A DNA stretch of 64,000 bases, from the NCBI RefSeq assembly GCF_046119375.1, contig NW_027362767.1, forward strand, positions 165,044,001-165,108,000, in the 5' to 3' direction. The position numbers and the translations under genes were made by a program. This stretch comes from Phyllobates terribilis. Its lineage: Eukaryota. The notes below the pieces were generated by a model, which was given only the letters and a program-made list of their open reading frames with translations, did not search any database and was not told the origin of the DNA. Shown here in pieces: positions 11,883 through 25,089 of the stretch; position 1 is the stretch's first letter, and the number at the start of each line of letters is the position of its first letter.

Positions 11883-12041
11883 GCCTTGCGGTGGACAGCC
11901 GAGCTCGATCCTTATAAAAGCTTTTTAACTGCAGCAGCTTTAGTGGACGCTACTGGAGCTGGAATTACCGCGGCTGCTGGCATGAGACTTGCCCTCCAAT
12001 AGATCCTTGTAAATGGATTTAAAGTGTATTCATTCAAATTA
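11883..12041 (-). rRNA. 18S rRNA fragment (~160 bp, mutated, non-functional) within the 3' subterminal region of hAT A1
   Basis: The reverse complement contains TTGGAGGGCAAGTCTCATGCCCAGCAGCCGCGGTAATTCCAGCTCCAGTAGCGT...GCTGCTGCAGTTAAAAAGCT, the conserved SSU 530-loop region. No other rDNA is adjacent. Confidence 0.9.
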
Positions 12042-12547
12042 GAGAGACAATTTAAATTAAAAAGCTTAGAGCTGCCTCCACCACAGGGGGGCTCGCTCGA
12101 CCCACCAGCGGACAGGCACCAGCATTGGGAGAGGGGGGCTGGCCGTCAGGGTTCACCGCGGCTCTGGCACAAACCCGGCGACACGGAGGTGGCACGGGCA
12201 GGAGCGGACTGGCCGTGTCGGCTTCTCACTTTTTGGATTTTAGAAGGGCATGACATGCCTATATCTGTGTCTCCCCCTCCTTTTACTCCTCCACCTCTTT
12301 TATTTTCGCATGACTATATGTACTTGTCACTTTTCCATGTGTTAGTTATGTCTTCTGAGCAGTTTGTCAGCTTTTGGACACCTTTGAAGGTGTTTTCTAT
12401 GTGTTTCTATGTGTTTTTGTTTGCCTGCCATTGGTTTTAACGGTGTTCGAAGGTGTTCGACGAACAGTTCGACGAACAGTTCGGCGAACACACGGGTGTT
12501 CGACGAACCGAACCGAACTCGAACACTACGGGGGTGGCTCAACACTA

Positions 12548-12912
12548 GTCATTACCCTGGAAAGGATGTTCCTTAACATATTTCCCAAGAAAAATCCATT
12601 TTGGTTTTGTTTTTGTATGTTTTATTGTGAGTCCGTAAAAGTGGCTAATACGTTGTTGACAGCAGTGACCTGGGAGCCTGAAATGCTTCCAAGGGTCTTT
12701 CCCATGCTGTTCCCATGTCATTTGAGCACTGTTCCCATCGAGTTGGGCAGTTTTTAGGCCCTCTGCAGACCGTCAGGGGGAGCCGCCTGAAAAATGCTCG
12801 AGTTTCCCATAGACTTACATTGGGCTCGTTGCTCAGGTCAAGCACCCGAGCATTCCAATTTGCTCAACCCGAGCATCGAGCACCCGAGAATTTCAGTGCT
12901 CGTCCATCACTA
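12548..12912 (+). mobile_element. Right terminus of a family-C/D hAT (element X) that hosts copy A1
   Basis: Matches 46424-46764, with CCCGAGCA subterminal repeats and a TIR-like end GCTCGTCCATCACTA. The right flank is CTGTTCAC. Confidence 0.8.
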
Positions 12913-13211
12913 CTGTTCACACATTATAAGCCATAGGCATCAGAGGTCTGTTCCAAAGATTCACAGACTCAAGAGGAGGAAAGCATGAGCACACATGCCC
13001 GAATTTTTTGGATCCGGGGTCGGACGAAGTAGGGTCTGAGCAGAATCCTGATGCTCGTCACCAGACGTTAACCTCCAGGGCAGGTGATCCTGATGAGACT
13101 CAGATACTTAAGGCACATGCGGACTGTACTGTTCTATCAGGACAGGAATAGGATGAGGGTCACTCTCAGGGCAAGCAGTGGGAGAACAGAGAGGATGACG
13201 ATGAGGTTGTA

Positions 13212-14811
13212 CAGTGGGGAAAAAAGTATTTAGTCAGCCATCAATTGTGAAAGTTCTCCCACTTAAAAAGATGTGAGAAGCCTGAAATTGACATAATAGG
13301 TAGACCTCAACTATGTGGGACAAAATGAGAAAACAAATCCTGAAAATCACATTGTCTGATTTGGAAAGAATTTTTTTTCAAATTTTGGTGGAAAATAAGT
13401 ATTTGGTCAATTACAAACAAGCAAGATTTCTGGCTCTCACAGACCTGTAACTTCATCTTTAAGAGGCTCCTCAGTGCTCTACTCATTACCTGTAGTACTG
13501 GCACCTGTTTGAACTTGTTATTAGTATAAAAGACACCTGTCTGGAACCTCAAACAGTCACACTTCAAACTCCACTATGGTGAACACCAAAGAGCTGTCGA
13601 AGGACACGAGAAACAAAATTGTAGCCCTGCACCAGGCTGGGAAGACTGAATTTGCAATAGGCAAGCAGCCTGGTGTTAAGAAATCAATGTGAGAGCAATA
13701 ATTAGAAAATGGAAGACATACAAGACCACTGATAATCTCTTTTGATCTGGGGCTCCACACAAGATCTCACCCCATGGGGTCAAAATTATCTCAAGAATGG
13801 TAAGCAAAAATCCCAGAACCACATGGGGGGACCTTGTGAATGACCTGAGAGAGCTGGGACCAACATTACACAGGCTACCATCAGTAACACACTATGCCGC
13901 CAGGGACTCAGATTTTGCAGAGCCAGACGAGTCCCTCTGCTTAAGCCATTACATGTCCGGGCTCGTCTGAAGTTTGCTAGAGAGCATTTGGATGATCCAG
14001 AAGAGTATTGGGAGAATGTCATATGGTCAGATGAAACCAAAGTAGAACTGTTTGGTAGAAACACAACTCGTCGTGTTTGGAGGAGAAAGAATGCTGAGTT
14101 GCATCCAAAGAACACTATACCTACTGTGAAGCATGGGGGTGGCAACATCATGCTTTGGGGCTGTTTCTCTGCCGAGGGACCAGGACGACTGATCCGTGTA
14201 CATGAAAGAATGAATGGGACCATGTATCATGAGATTTTGAGTGCAAACCTCCTTCTATCAGCAAGGGCATTGAAGATTAAACATGGCTGGGTCTTTCAAC
14301 ATGACAATGATCCCAAGCACACCGCCAGGACAAGAAAGGAGTGGCTTCGTAAGAAGCATTTCAAGGTCCTGGAGTGGCCTAGCCAGTCACCAGATCTAAG
14401 CCCTATAGAAAACCTTTGGAGGGAGTTGAAAGTCCGTGTTGCCCAGTGACAGCCCCAAAACATCACTGCTCTAGAGGAGATCTGCATAGAGGAATCGGCC
14501 AACATACCAGCAACAGTGTGTACCGACCTTGGGAAGACTTATAGAAAATGTTTGACCTCTGTCATTGCCAACAAAGGATATAAAACAAAGTATTGAGATG
14601 AACTTTTGTAATTGACCAAATACTTATTTTCCACCAAAATTTGAAAAAAATGTCTTTCCAAATCAGAAAATGTGATTTTCAGGATTTGTTTTCTTATTTT
14701 GTCTCTCATAGTTGAGGTCTACCTATGAAGTCAATTATAGGCCTCTCCCATCTTTTTAAGTGGGAGAACTTGCACAATTAGTGGCTGACTAAATACTTTT
14801 TTTCCCCACTG
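13212..14811 (+). mobile_element. Full-length Tc1 element (1600 bp, ~200-bp TIRs, TA TSD); DD34E transposase pseudogene at ~13576-14597
   Basis: TA|CAGTGGGGAAAAAAAGTATT ... AATACTTTTTTTCCCCACTG|TA. WSDETK, QHDND and PIENLW motifs, with 34 residues between D and E. Stops and frameshifts in the N-terminal part. Confidence 0.95.
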
Positions 14812-17800
14812 TATATCCCACTTGGTGTGAATCCTGAGTAGCTCAGCAGAAGAGGAGGAGGAAGACGATGAGATTATGTTTCAGCCTCCAGCACAGACAC
14901 AGAGTGATGCGACCATAACAAACACTGCATCCTCAGCCACAATTGTGGCTGTGGCCAGCAGCGGTCACGTGTCTGCAGTTCGCAGGGGTGGCAAGGGTTA
15001 CCTAGCCTGGGCCTTTTTTTGAGACTGCAAAGGGTGACCCACCTCACATTATCTGTCAACTTTGCAAAAAACGACTTAGTAGAGACAAAAATTGCAATAA
15101 TTTGACTACTACATGTATGAACCGGCACATGAGCGATCAACATGCGTTTGTCTGGGAATCACACTGTGATAAAATGTGGACTAGTGGGCCTCACCAACCA
15201 CCGGGCACCCCGTCAACCGCATCTGCTGCTTATTACTCTTTAGTCACTGTGGCAAGTGTTCTCACACAGGTCTCACAACCTCCACTTGTTTACCCGCTCC
15301 AGTTGTGGTGAGTGAGAGCCCGTCACCTGTTACGGAAGTTGAAATGCCTGCTATTTTTGTTCATTGAGCACACCACGTCTTTCTCAATCCACCAAAACAC
15401 CACACCCTCAGTTCAGCAGCTTGTCGTGTACACTCTACTCCACCCTCTTTTAACACAGCAGCCGGCCCTCAGTCCCACAGTTGTGGCCACGTAAAAGATT
15501 GTTTCCTCCTTCACATGTCAAAGCTAAGAGCTTGAACTCCACCATCTGCAATCTGTTGGCCACAGAAATGCAGCCTCTCCGCTTGGTGGATACAGACGGT
15601 TTCCAAAAACTGAAGGCGGTTGCAGTCCCCTAGTACCAGTTGCCCAGTCTCTATTACTTCTCTAAGAAAGCCGTGCCTGTGCTACACCAACATTTCGCAG
15701 ACAACATCACCCGTTCCTTGAAAAAATCTATGTCTGCCAGGGTGCATTTCACCACAGACACCTGGACGAGTAAGCATGGCCAGAGGCTTATATCTCACTG
15801 ACTGGGTTCTGGGTGACTCTCGTGACTGTGGGGGCAGACGGGGAGGAGGCTGCTCCACAAATCTTGGAATCCCCAAAGCTTGAGGGACAAACCTCTGTAT
15901 TGAACACTTCCTCCCCTGCTTCTGCCTCACCCACCTCCTCTAGGGCCTCCACCTGCACCCTCAAGCTGTGCCTTAATGAGACACACATTTACACAGTGCA
16001 GAGAGAAAGCCCCCTCCCCATACTGGGCAGTTAGGGCTCACTGCAATCAGGCAGTGTTAAAATTAATATGCCTTAGAGATCGTAGTCACACAGCTCAAGA
16101 GTTATGGACAGCTATCCAGGTTGAGTTTGAGCGATGGCTGTCTCCACTGAACCTGGAGCAAGCGAAGTCTGTGCGCGATAATGGTGTGAACCTGGTGTTG
16201 GCCCTATGCCAGGGAAACCTCACACATGTATCTTGCATAGCTCAGATCCTCAACCTGGTGGTCCAGCTATTTCTCCACCACTATGCCCGCCTGGATGAAC
16301 CTCTGCATAAAGTACGGTTGCTGTGTGCTCACTTCTGCCATTCACACCCTGCAGGTCATTGACTTGCCTCGCTAAAGAGGTCTTTTGCCCTACCGGTTAA
16401 CCGGTTGATATGCAATATGCCGATATGGTGGAATACCACTCTGCATATGTTGCAGTATCTGTGGTAGCAGTGACGACCCCTGACACAGTATCTCATTTTG
16501 CACAGCCTGGACCAATCAGTACATATGTGTTGCAAATCACGTTAACAAAGTGGGCACAGATTAAGAACCTCTGCACCCTTCTGCACAGTTTTGAAATGGT
16601 TACTAAGAAGGCTAGCACTGATCATGCCATCATGAGCATCACTATTCTTGTCATCTACATGCTGGAGCACACTTTGAATAGTCTGCGGGAGGAGGTGGTG
16701 GTCCCAGAGGAAGAGGGGGAAGCAGAGGAGGATGCGGAAGGGATAACAATATCTGTAAGTTCCAGAGTGTCGTTGCACAGGTGGGTGTCAAGGGATGGTG
16801 GATTACAGTGATTGAGGGGGCTGATGGTACCAGACAAACTGTTAGTGAAGGTGCAGGAGCCATGGAGGAGGACGAGGAGGAAGAAGTTGTGGACTCGCAA
16901 CAGTCAAAAGATGAAGAGGATAATCATCCCCTCTCTGTTGTCCATGGTTGACAGGAGGGGACGGAGGAAGCAAGCTTCAGTGTTACCCCGCCACCAACAC
17001 ACCATAGACTTGGACCTCATGGAAGAGCCCGACATATGGGCGCCTTCTTGCTGCACTGCAACATGATCCCAGTATTGTTAGGATTCAAAATAGTGCTTAT
17101 TACTGGTTTGCAACTCTGTTAGATCCACGGTACAAAAGTAAATTTTGCTAGATGATTCCTACCCTGGAAAGGGACACTCGCATGCTGGAGTATCGAAACA
17201 CGCTTGTAGACAACCTTAACAATGGTTTTCCCCAGGACAGCAGTGAGGTGCACAGTGTGCATCGCAGTTGTAGATCATCCCCGGGAATGTCAATTCCTCA
17301 ATGCAAAACCAATATCAGCAGCAGTATAATTGGAAAAAGCCATTTCTGTGAGTTGTTTCACACATTTTTTAGACCAACCTATGTATCAGCAGAATAGAGT
17401 ACAAATCTGACACGTAGTGTACGACTGGAAAGGATGGTTCAGTAGTATCTCGAGTAGTGATGAGTGAACGCGCTTGCCACTACTCGGTACTCGCCCGAGC
17501 ATCATGGTTCTCGACAGGCTCGGCGCTCGGAGAGTATTTCCGGGTTGCTCGGGCGGGAACTCGGGTCCCCTCCCTGCATGTTTGGCGTGCTTTAGATAGC
17601 TAATGAACATGCAGGGATTGCCTGCCATGCACTGTAATGCCGTAGCCATGTTGGTTGTGGGAATTACAGTGATTGGCTGGCCGCATAGCATCATCAGGTC
17701 TATATAAGACCTGGCGCTGCCATGCTCATCACAGTCACTCCGGATCAGACAGTGTAGGGAGAGCTGCTGCTGTGTCAGGGAGAGATTTAATCGTGAATTA

Positions 17801-18159
17801 GGTAGTGTCGGGAGAAAAACCGTACATTACACATATCCATCTTAACAAACAGTCCTTTTGAGGACTAACTAATCCATCTGCAGAGATATCAGGCAGGCAG
17901 TGTATATAGGCAGGCAGGCAGGGTATACAACAGACTGTAGTGCACATAGGATAAGAGGCTCCATTCCAGTTCTGTTGGCTGCTGCTGTTAGATATTTCAG
18001 GAAATAGGCCCAGGTCGCAGGGGCCAGGAATAATTATTTTTGCATCTTAATCCTCATAATTTGCTTAAAAAGTAATCCAGAGAACACCGTTTTTCTTCTC
18101 CATTTGTTGTTGGCACTGCAGAATACAGCCAGGTCCGTTCCATATTACAGCGCAAAAAA

Positions 18160-18965
18160 TCCAGCTATTTAAAACTGTGTTTTGTCCGTCACACAGATCA
18201 CATATACGTTTTCAGAAAATACTGCCATTTCTGGTCTGCATTAAATTTTTTTTTCAGTGTGTCAGCAAAGCTTTTGACACTGGTTTGCTGTTCAAAACAG
18301 TTACCTACAGGCAAGGTATTTAAAACTGTGTTTTCTCAGTCACACAGATCACATATATGTTTTCAGAAAATAATGCCATTTCTGGCCTCCATTAAAAAAA
18401 ATTTTCAGTGTGTCAGCAAAGTTTTTGACACTGGTTTGCTGTTCAAAACAGTTACCTACAGGCCAGGTATTTAAAACTGAGCTTTCTTTGTCACACGGAT
18501 CACATATACGTTTTCAGAAAATACTGCAATTTCTGGCGTCCATTAAAAATTTTTTTCAGTGTGTCAGCAAAGTTTCTGACACTGGATTGCAGTTCAAAAC
18601 AGTTAACTACAGGCCAGGTATTTAAAACTGTGTTTTCTCCGTTACACGGACCACATATAGGTTTTCACAAAATACTGCCATTTCTGGCCTCCATTAAAAA
18701 AAAATTTCAGTGTGTCAGTGAAGCAATTGACGCCAGATTGCTGTTCAAAATAGTTACCTACAGGCCAGGTATTTAAAACTGTGTTTTCTGCGTCACACGG
18801 ATCACATATACGTTTTCAGAAAATACTGCCATTTCTGGCCTCCATTAAAAAAAATTTCAGTGTATCAGTGAAGCAATTCACAGCAGTTTGCTGCTCAAAC
18901 TACTGACCTACAGGCCAGGTATTTAAAACTCTGTTTTCTCCGTCAAACGGCTCACATATAAGTTC
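18160..18965 (+). repeat. 151-bp tandem repeat (~5 copies) directly upstream of transposase C
   Basis: Repeated 71-aa ORFs start at 18259, 18410 and 18561. The CAGGCCAGGTATTTAAAACTG motif recurs. Confidence 0.92.
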
Positions 18966-19019
18966 GCTCCAAACTCAGTCATTTGTAGTGAGCGTGGAAG
19001 ATACTGTCCTCCATTTAAA

Positions 19020-22000
19020 ATGGGCAAGGTACGTGGAAAGGGATGAGGAACTGGACGTGATGGTAATGGTGCATGCAGAGGCCGAGGACATGGCCGTGGG
19101 CAAGCCAAAATTGTGCCACAACAAACACCCACATTTTCTTGCCTGACCTTCCTGTCACAATTTCTAGGGGACCGCAGCACACCACTATTGAACCCAGAGC
19201 AGTGTCAAACGGTTGTTGGTTGAATAGCGGATAATGCTTCCAGTCACTTAGCCACCACCACCACCACCACCCTGTATTCCACATGGTCAAGTCTCAGTAG
19301 CCGTGAGTCTGGACCACATATTCCTCACCCTGATCCTCCTTTCTCCCACCATGCCGAGTACCCAGAGACAACTGATCCCACACTTGGACACTCTGAAGAG
19401 CTGTTCATTTTTCCATTTATAGATTCGGGCCTCTCGCCTGGTCCACTTGAAGTGGGGCAAGAGGAGATCGCGTGTAGCGATACCCAAATATTTGAGCAGC
19501 CACAGTCACACGAAGGCGACGGTGGGAAAGTGTCACAAGTGGTGGATGATGATGAGACACAATTGCCAGAAAGTCAGGAGGAGGACCAGGGTGCGGAAGT
19601 GGAAGACGAGGTGGTGGACAATATTGTAACTGACCCAACCTGACAGGAGGTCATGCAGAGCGAGGACAGCAGCACACAGGGGAAGGGATGCAGAGCACCT
19701 CAACAGGCAGGAAGAAGCAGTGTGGTGGCTGCAGACAGAAGGCAGACAACCGTTCCCCGTAACACCATCACAAAGGAAGTTGCCAGTACAACTGTTAGGT
19801 CTTCCTGAGTCTGGTTGTTTTTTAAAGACTCTGCCGATATCCCCAAAAAGGCCATTTGCACCACCTGCCAGGCCATCATCAGCAGGGGTGGCAAAACGAC
19901 CAGCCTAACCACCACCAGAATGATCAGACACATGGCAGCAAAGCACGCGACTTTGTGGGCCGAACCCCAGGGTCCAGGAACAGTGTCTGTGGGTGGCACC
20001 GTTGCTTCTTCAGCTGCTGTGGATGCAAGCCAATCCCCTGTCCATGGTGCATGCGAAGATGCCTCCTGCCCTGCACCTGTCGTTGTACACTCTCAAGTAG
20101 CAGCATCAGGAAGCACGTCCATGTCCTTGTCCCAGTGCAGCGTTCAGTTGTTCATACCCCAGTCCTTGGAACGCAACCGCAAATATGCATCCAACGCCAC
20201 ACTACTAAATTCTCACATTTCACGAATACTTGCGCTCGAAATGTTGTCTTTCAGGCTCATGGAAATGGAAGCATTCCGCAACCTGATGGCGGCGGCCGTC
20301 CCTTGGCACTCAGTCCCCAGCCGCGACTATTTCTCCCGATGTGCCGTCCCCACATTACACAAGCACGTGTCACAAAACATTAGACGTGCTCTCAACAACT
20401 CAGTTACCGGTAAAGTCCACCTAACCATGGACACGGGACAAGTGTTTGTGGGCAGGGACGGTAATTCTCGCTGACTGCACACTGGGTAAACATAGTGGAA
20501 CCCGGGACCCAGTCAGACCTTGGGACTGAACGCCAAGGATTGCGGGCCCTAGGTCAATCAGGGTTGCCCCCACGGTCTACAGCTCCTGCACCTCATCCTC
20601 ATCAGCCTCCTCCTTCTCTTCAGCCTCCATCTCCGAAATGACCACATCAGTCACAATCTGGAAGCACTGCAGCACTGCCTTGGCCAAGCGGCAACAGGCT
20701 GTGCTGTAGCTAATATGCTTCAGTGAAAAACCGTACAATGCTGAAGAGTTGTGGACAGCTCTGAAAGAGCAGTCAGATCTGTGGCTCACACCGCTGAACC
20801 TATAGCCAGGCATGGTCATGTGTGACAATGGCCGGAACCTGGCGGCAGCTCTGAGGCGAGGCGAGCTCACACACGTACCATGCCTGGCCCATGTGCTTAA
20901 CTTCGTGATTCAGCAGATTCTCAAATCCTACCCGGATCTGCCGGATCTGCTTGTTAAAGTATGCCGCCTGTGTGCCCATTTGAGAAAGTCAGCTACAGCT
21001 TCCGCCGCCCTTGCAGTGTTTCAGCAGCGTCTGCAGCTTCCGGCTCACAGACTGGTGTGTAATGTCCCCACGCGTTGGAACTCTACACTGCAGATGTTGG
21101 GAAGGATTTGTGAGCAGAAGAGGGCAGTTGTTGAGTAACAGCATCAACAAGGCCGCCGGTATTCAGTTCAGATTCCACACATAAGACCTCAGGAGTGGAC
21201 ATGGATGTCAGACATATGTACCATCCTCCAAAACTTTGAAGACTCCACCAAGATGGTGAGCGGCGATGATGCCATAATTAGCGTTACCATCTCGCTTCTC
21301 TGTCTTCTGAAATGCTCTCTGCTCACAATCAAAGAGGATGCTTGCAGGCAGAGCACGATGAGATGGAGCAAGGAACCATATATGGTGATTACACACAGCC
21401 AAGCCTCATCTCATCCCAACATGGATTGGGTGACAATGAGGAAGAGGAGGAGGAGGATGAAGGACAGGAGCTAGTTTCATGCACTATAGACGGTACTACC
21501 TGCACAGCTGTCATACCGTTTGTTCAGCGTGGATGGCCAGAGGACAGAGAGGAGGAGGAGGAGGAGAGCATGGTCAGTCATCCTCTTGGTGAGGACACGG
21601 AAGTCTTGCCTGTTAGCAGTCTGGCACGCATGGCTGAGTTTATGTTATGCTGCCTTTCCCATGACCCTCGCGTTCTCAAAATTTTGGGTGACAGCCATTA
21701 CTGGTTGGTGACACTTCTAGACCCACGCTACAAGGAGAACTTTATATCTCTTATTCCTGAGGCGGACAGGTCTACAAAAATGGGGCTGTACCAGAAGACC
21801 CTTGTTGCGGAACTATTAAAAAAATTCCCATCTGAAAACAATAGTGGCAGAGGGCACACTTCGTTGGATAACCAAGGAGTACAGGCGAGAGAGACACAAC
21901 TTCAATCCAGTAGAGGCAGGGGAATACTGTCAAAGTTCTGGGAGATTTTTCTCAGACCCTCCCATCAAACAGGCCCTGAGGCGCGGGGTACTCTCACAAG

Positions 22001-22322
22001 GAGTGCAAAGTTTGGGAAGATGCTGAGGGAGTACCTTGCCGACCGTACCAACGTCATCCCTGATTCCGCTGTGCCTTAAAATTATTGGGTATGCAAGCTG
22101 GATACGTGGAATGAACTGGCTCTCTATGGCTTGGAGGTCCTGGCCTGCCCTGCCGCCAGCATTTTATCAGAGCGGGTTTTTAGTGGCGCTGTTGGAATTA
22201 TAACTGATAAGCGCATCCGCCTGTCAAGGGAAAATGCTGACAGGCTGACTCTTATAAAAATGAACAAGGGCTGGATTGGGCCAGACTTCTCAACACCACC
22301 GAATGATAGCAGCGTAACATAA
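19020..22322 (+). pseudogene. hAT transposase C (stops and frameshifts)
   Basis: BED finger (WLFFKDSADIPKKAICTTC..MIRHMAAKH), LEMLSFRL, CDNGRNL, CLAHVLN, TRWNST, LDPRYKEN and SERVFS..TDKRIRLS motifs in broken frames. Confidence 0.9.
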
Positions 22323-25089
22323 ACTCAAATCCAGTGTCTTTTCTTGAGAGGTGTATTCCCATGCACCTTTTCACACCCACACATGGGTATACGCTTCCTG
22401 ATTTTGGCTATTTGCTCTTGTCCTCCTCTTTCTCCTCATCCTCCACCACCATATCACCAGGGTGACCGTGGTCCGTGATGCAACACCCACCAAATTTTTT
22501 TAAATGGTGTTTATTAGTGTTGAGCAAGCACTAAAATGCTCGGGTGCTCAAAGCTCAGGCCGAGCTCACCGTGATACTGGGGTGCTCGACCCGAGCAACG
22601 AGCCCAATGTTAGCCTATGGGAGACCCGAGCATTTTTGAGGCGGCACCACCGGCATTCTGTAGAAAGCCTAAAAAGTGCCCAAAACGATAGTGACAGTGT
22701 TCAAATGACATGGGGACAGTATGGGGTTCGCCACAGGAAGCATTTCTGACCCCCAGGTCACTGCTGTCAGAGGTATTAAGCCACTTTTACGGGCTCACAA
22801 GAAAACATTCAAAAACTAAACTGAATCTGCTTTCCTGTGAGATATGTTAAGGAACTTCCTTTCCAGGGTAAAGACTTGTGTATAAGGTAAAATAAATAAC
22901 CAAATACAAAAATACTCCTCCAACCTTGGGCTATGTTCACAAGTAGCATTTTTTATGCGTATTTGCACTTTTGTATTGTTTTCAACAGTGACAAATGCAT
23001 TCACCGGGAAATGTCATTTTAACATTTTACAACCTTATCTGCCCATCTGCTGTGTGACACATGCATACAGTGGTGAAAAGACATTGGATCAGCATGGGGA
23101 AGACCCCTGGAGGCATCTCTGACACTCAGGTCACTGCCTAAAAGTGTGCCCATCAGAAGTGATTCTTGCCGCATCCGACTTGCAAGTCCTTGTCCCAGGG
23201 CAGTGTTCAATTGCACCTCCCCCATTCCTTGCAATGCAAGCGCAAGTATGCAGCCTGCCACCCACCCACCCCGAGGCTGCAATACCATAATGCTTGCTTG
23301 CTTGCACTTGAAAGTGGGCCTTTTAGGCATGTGGAGGCGGAATCTGGCCACCACGTCATGGCTGCGCCGGCGGCCTGGTATCCATACTCAGTCCCCAGCC
23401 GCCCGGCGGCTGGGAGTCCACGCTTGGTCCACAGCCGCCAGGGGGCGGCTAGGTGTCCATAAACAGTCCCCAGCTTCCCGTATTTGTCCCGGTAATCTTC
23501 CCCACACTTTTCTTAGCCTGGTTTGCTTTAGGGCAGCATTGGCCGAGCCCACCAACCAGACTCCTCCGGTGGGGCCTGGCTTCTCCATCAGGGGAGTTGA
23601 GAGTGCCAAGGTGAGGAGCATGATGATGATGATTCAAGTTAGCATCTGCTTTGTTTTCTTGGAATGCAAGCGTAAGTGTGCAGTCTGCCACCCACCCACC
23701 CCCAGGATGCAATACCATACTGCTAGCTTGCTTGCACTTGAAATTGGGCCGTTTAGGCATGTGGAGGTGGAATCTGGCCACCACGTCATGGCTGCGTCGG
23801 CGGCCTGGTATCCATACTCAGTCCCCAGCCGCCAGGCTGCCGAGTGTCCACGCTTGGTCCCCAGCCTCCGGGGGGCGGCCGGGTGTCCATACTCGGTCCA
23901 CAGCCACCCCGCGGCCGGGTGTCCATAAACGGTCCTGAGCAGCCCCTATTTGAAGGACAGCCTAACCACAAACACGTGGACAAGTGAATGTGGCAAGGGA
24001 TGGTCCATCTCACTGACCCCTTCATACTGGGTTAATATTGTGAAAGCCGGGACACAATTGGACACTGGGATGCAACACGTCCTCCAGACATAGAGGATTG
24101 CGGGTCCTGGGTCAATCAGGCTTCAACACAGAGTTCAGAAGGTAGACAGCTGCAGTGGTCGGCCTCCTACACAATGAGTAAATAATTCATGATCATGAGA
24201 CCATCCATCTCCTTAGCTTTCTGTTCCTTGGAATGCAAGCGCATGTATGTAGTAGCGGCTAGGCCTGAGGTGGTCAGCGTTTTGGCGCATATCCTACCTC
24301 CTCCGAGGATTGCTGGATGTTTTCCTGCTACTATCCCAGTTCTATGACTCCCATTAAAACAAAGCTTCAGGTGATTAATGATGGATGAGGTGGTGGCAAA
24401 GGAGAAAGAGCAGGAGGAACAGGGACCATTCACATCAATATCAGGCCAGTCAGCCACACATGTCTTGTAGGATATGTTTCTGTACCAAAAGGAGCAGTTC
24501 GGCTACACAGTTATAGGGCATACAGTGAGTGCAGTGCCTAGCAAAAATTTCAAGGCACTCCAATGCCCCTTGGAAGTGACATGGAGGTCAGAGGGCCTTA
24601 ATAACCCTAGAACGCATACCTGAGGCCTCACAGGCCCGCCCTGTTAATTGTTTTCTATTTTCTGCAAGATTACTTTAGTTAGAATTTTGAAACTCAAGGT
24701 ATTCCTCAGGAATATAGTTGTTTGTCATTTCCAGTTGTTCATTTATTTTTATGTTACAGGCATTTTCGGTATAACAACTCTTTTTTGAAAATACCCATTT
24801 TTATGGTCATGCATTCTAGGGTTAACTAAACCGTTTTTTCCATTTTTAGCAACTGGGTCTCCAGTACACTGTTGGCCTAAGCAGTGAATGAAAGGCTTTC
24901 CAAAAATTATGAGGAACTGCAATGCCCGTTGAAAAAGACGTGGATTAAAGCATACTAAAGTCCTTCTACCCATTATTAGGGAGTGGGTCTCCCTTAGTGT
25001 TTGCCTATGCATTGAAAAGCAAAAGCTGACTAAAATTAGGAGGTAATGCAATGCCTGCTGGAAGAGTCATGGAGGTTAGAGGTAATTAA

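Larger units (their letters stand above)
2494..12547 (+). mobile_element. hAT transposon copy A1 (left end upstream of the LTR insertion, outside the window); right TIR GCTCAACACTA ends at 12547
   Basis: Order is satellite, transposase, 3' region with nested inserts, then a terminus (~12350-12547) matching 46110-46317. The right flank is GTCATTAC (NTNNNNAN). Confidence 0.8.

Noticed and set aside
11883-12041. Functional rDNA unit or microbial contamination
   Set aside because: Only ~160 bp, mutated within the invariant motif, eukaryote-type flanking sequence, and embedded in transposon DNA.
18259-18776. Three tandem 71-aa 'paralogous genes'
   Set aside because: These are chance ORFs beginning at GTG in the 151-bp repeat, with no coding hallmarks.
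23146-23928. 260-aa novel protein
   Set aside because: An off-frame mosaic of decayed transposase-derived repeats; reported instead as the antisense block.
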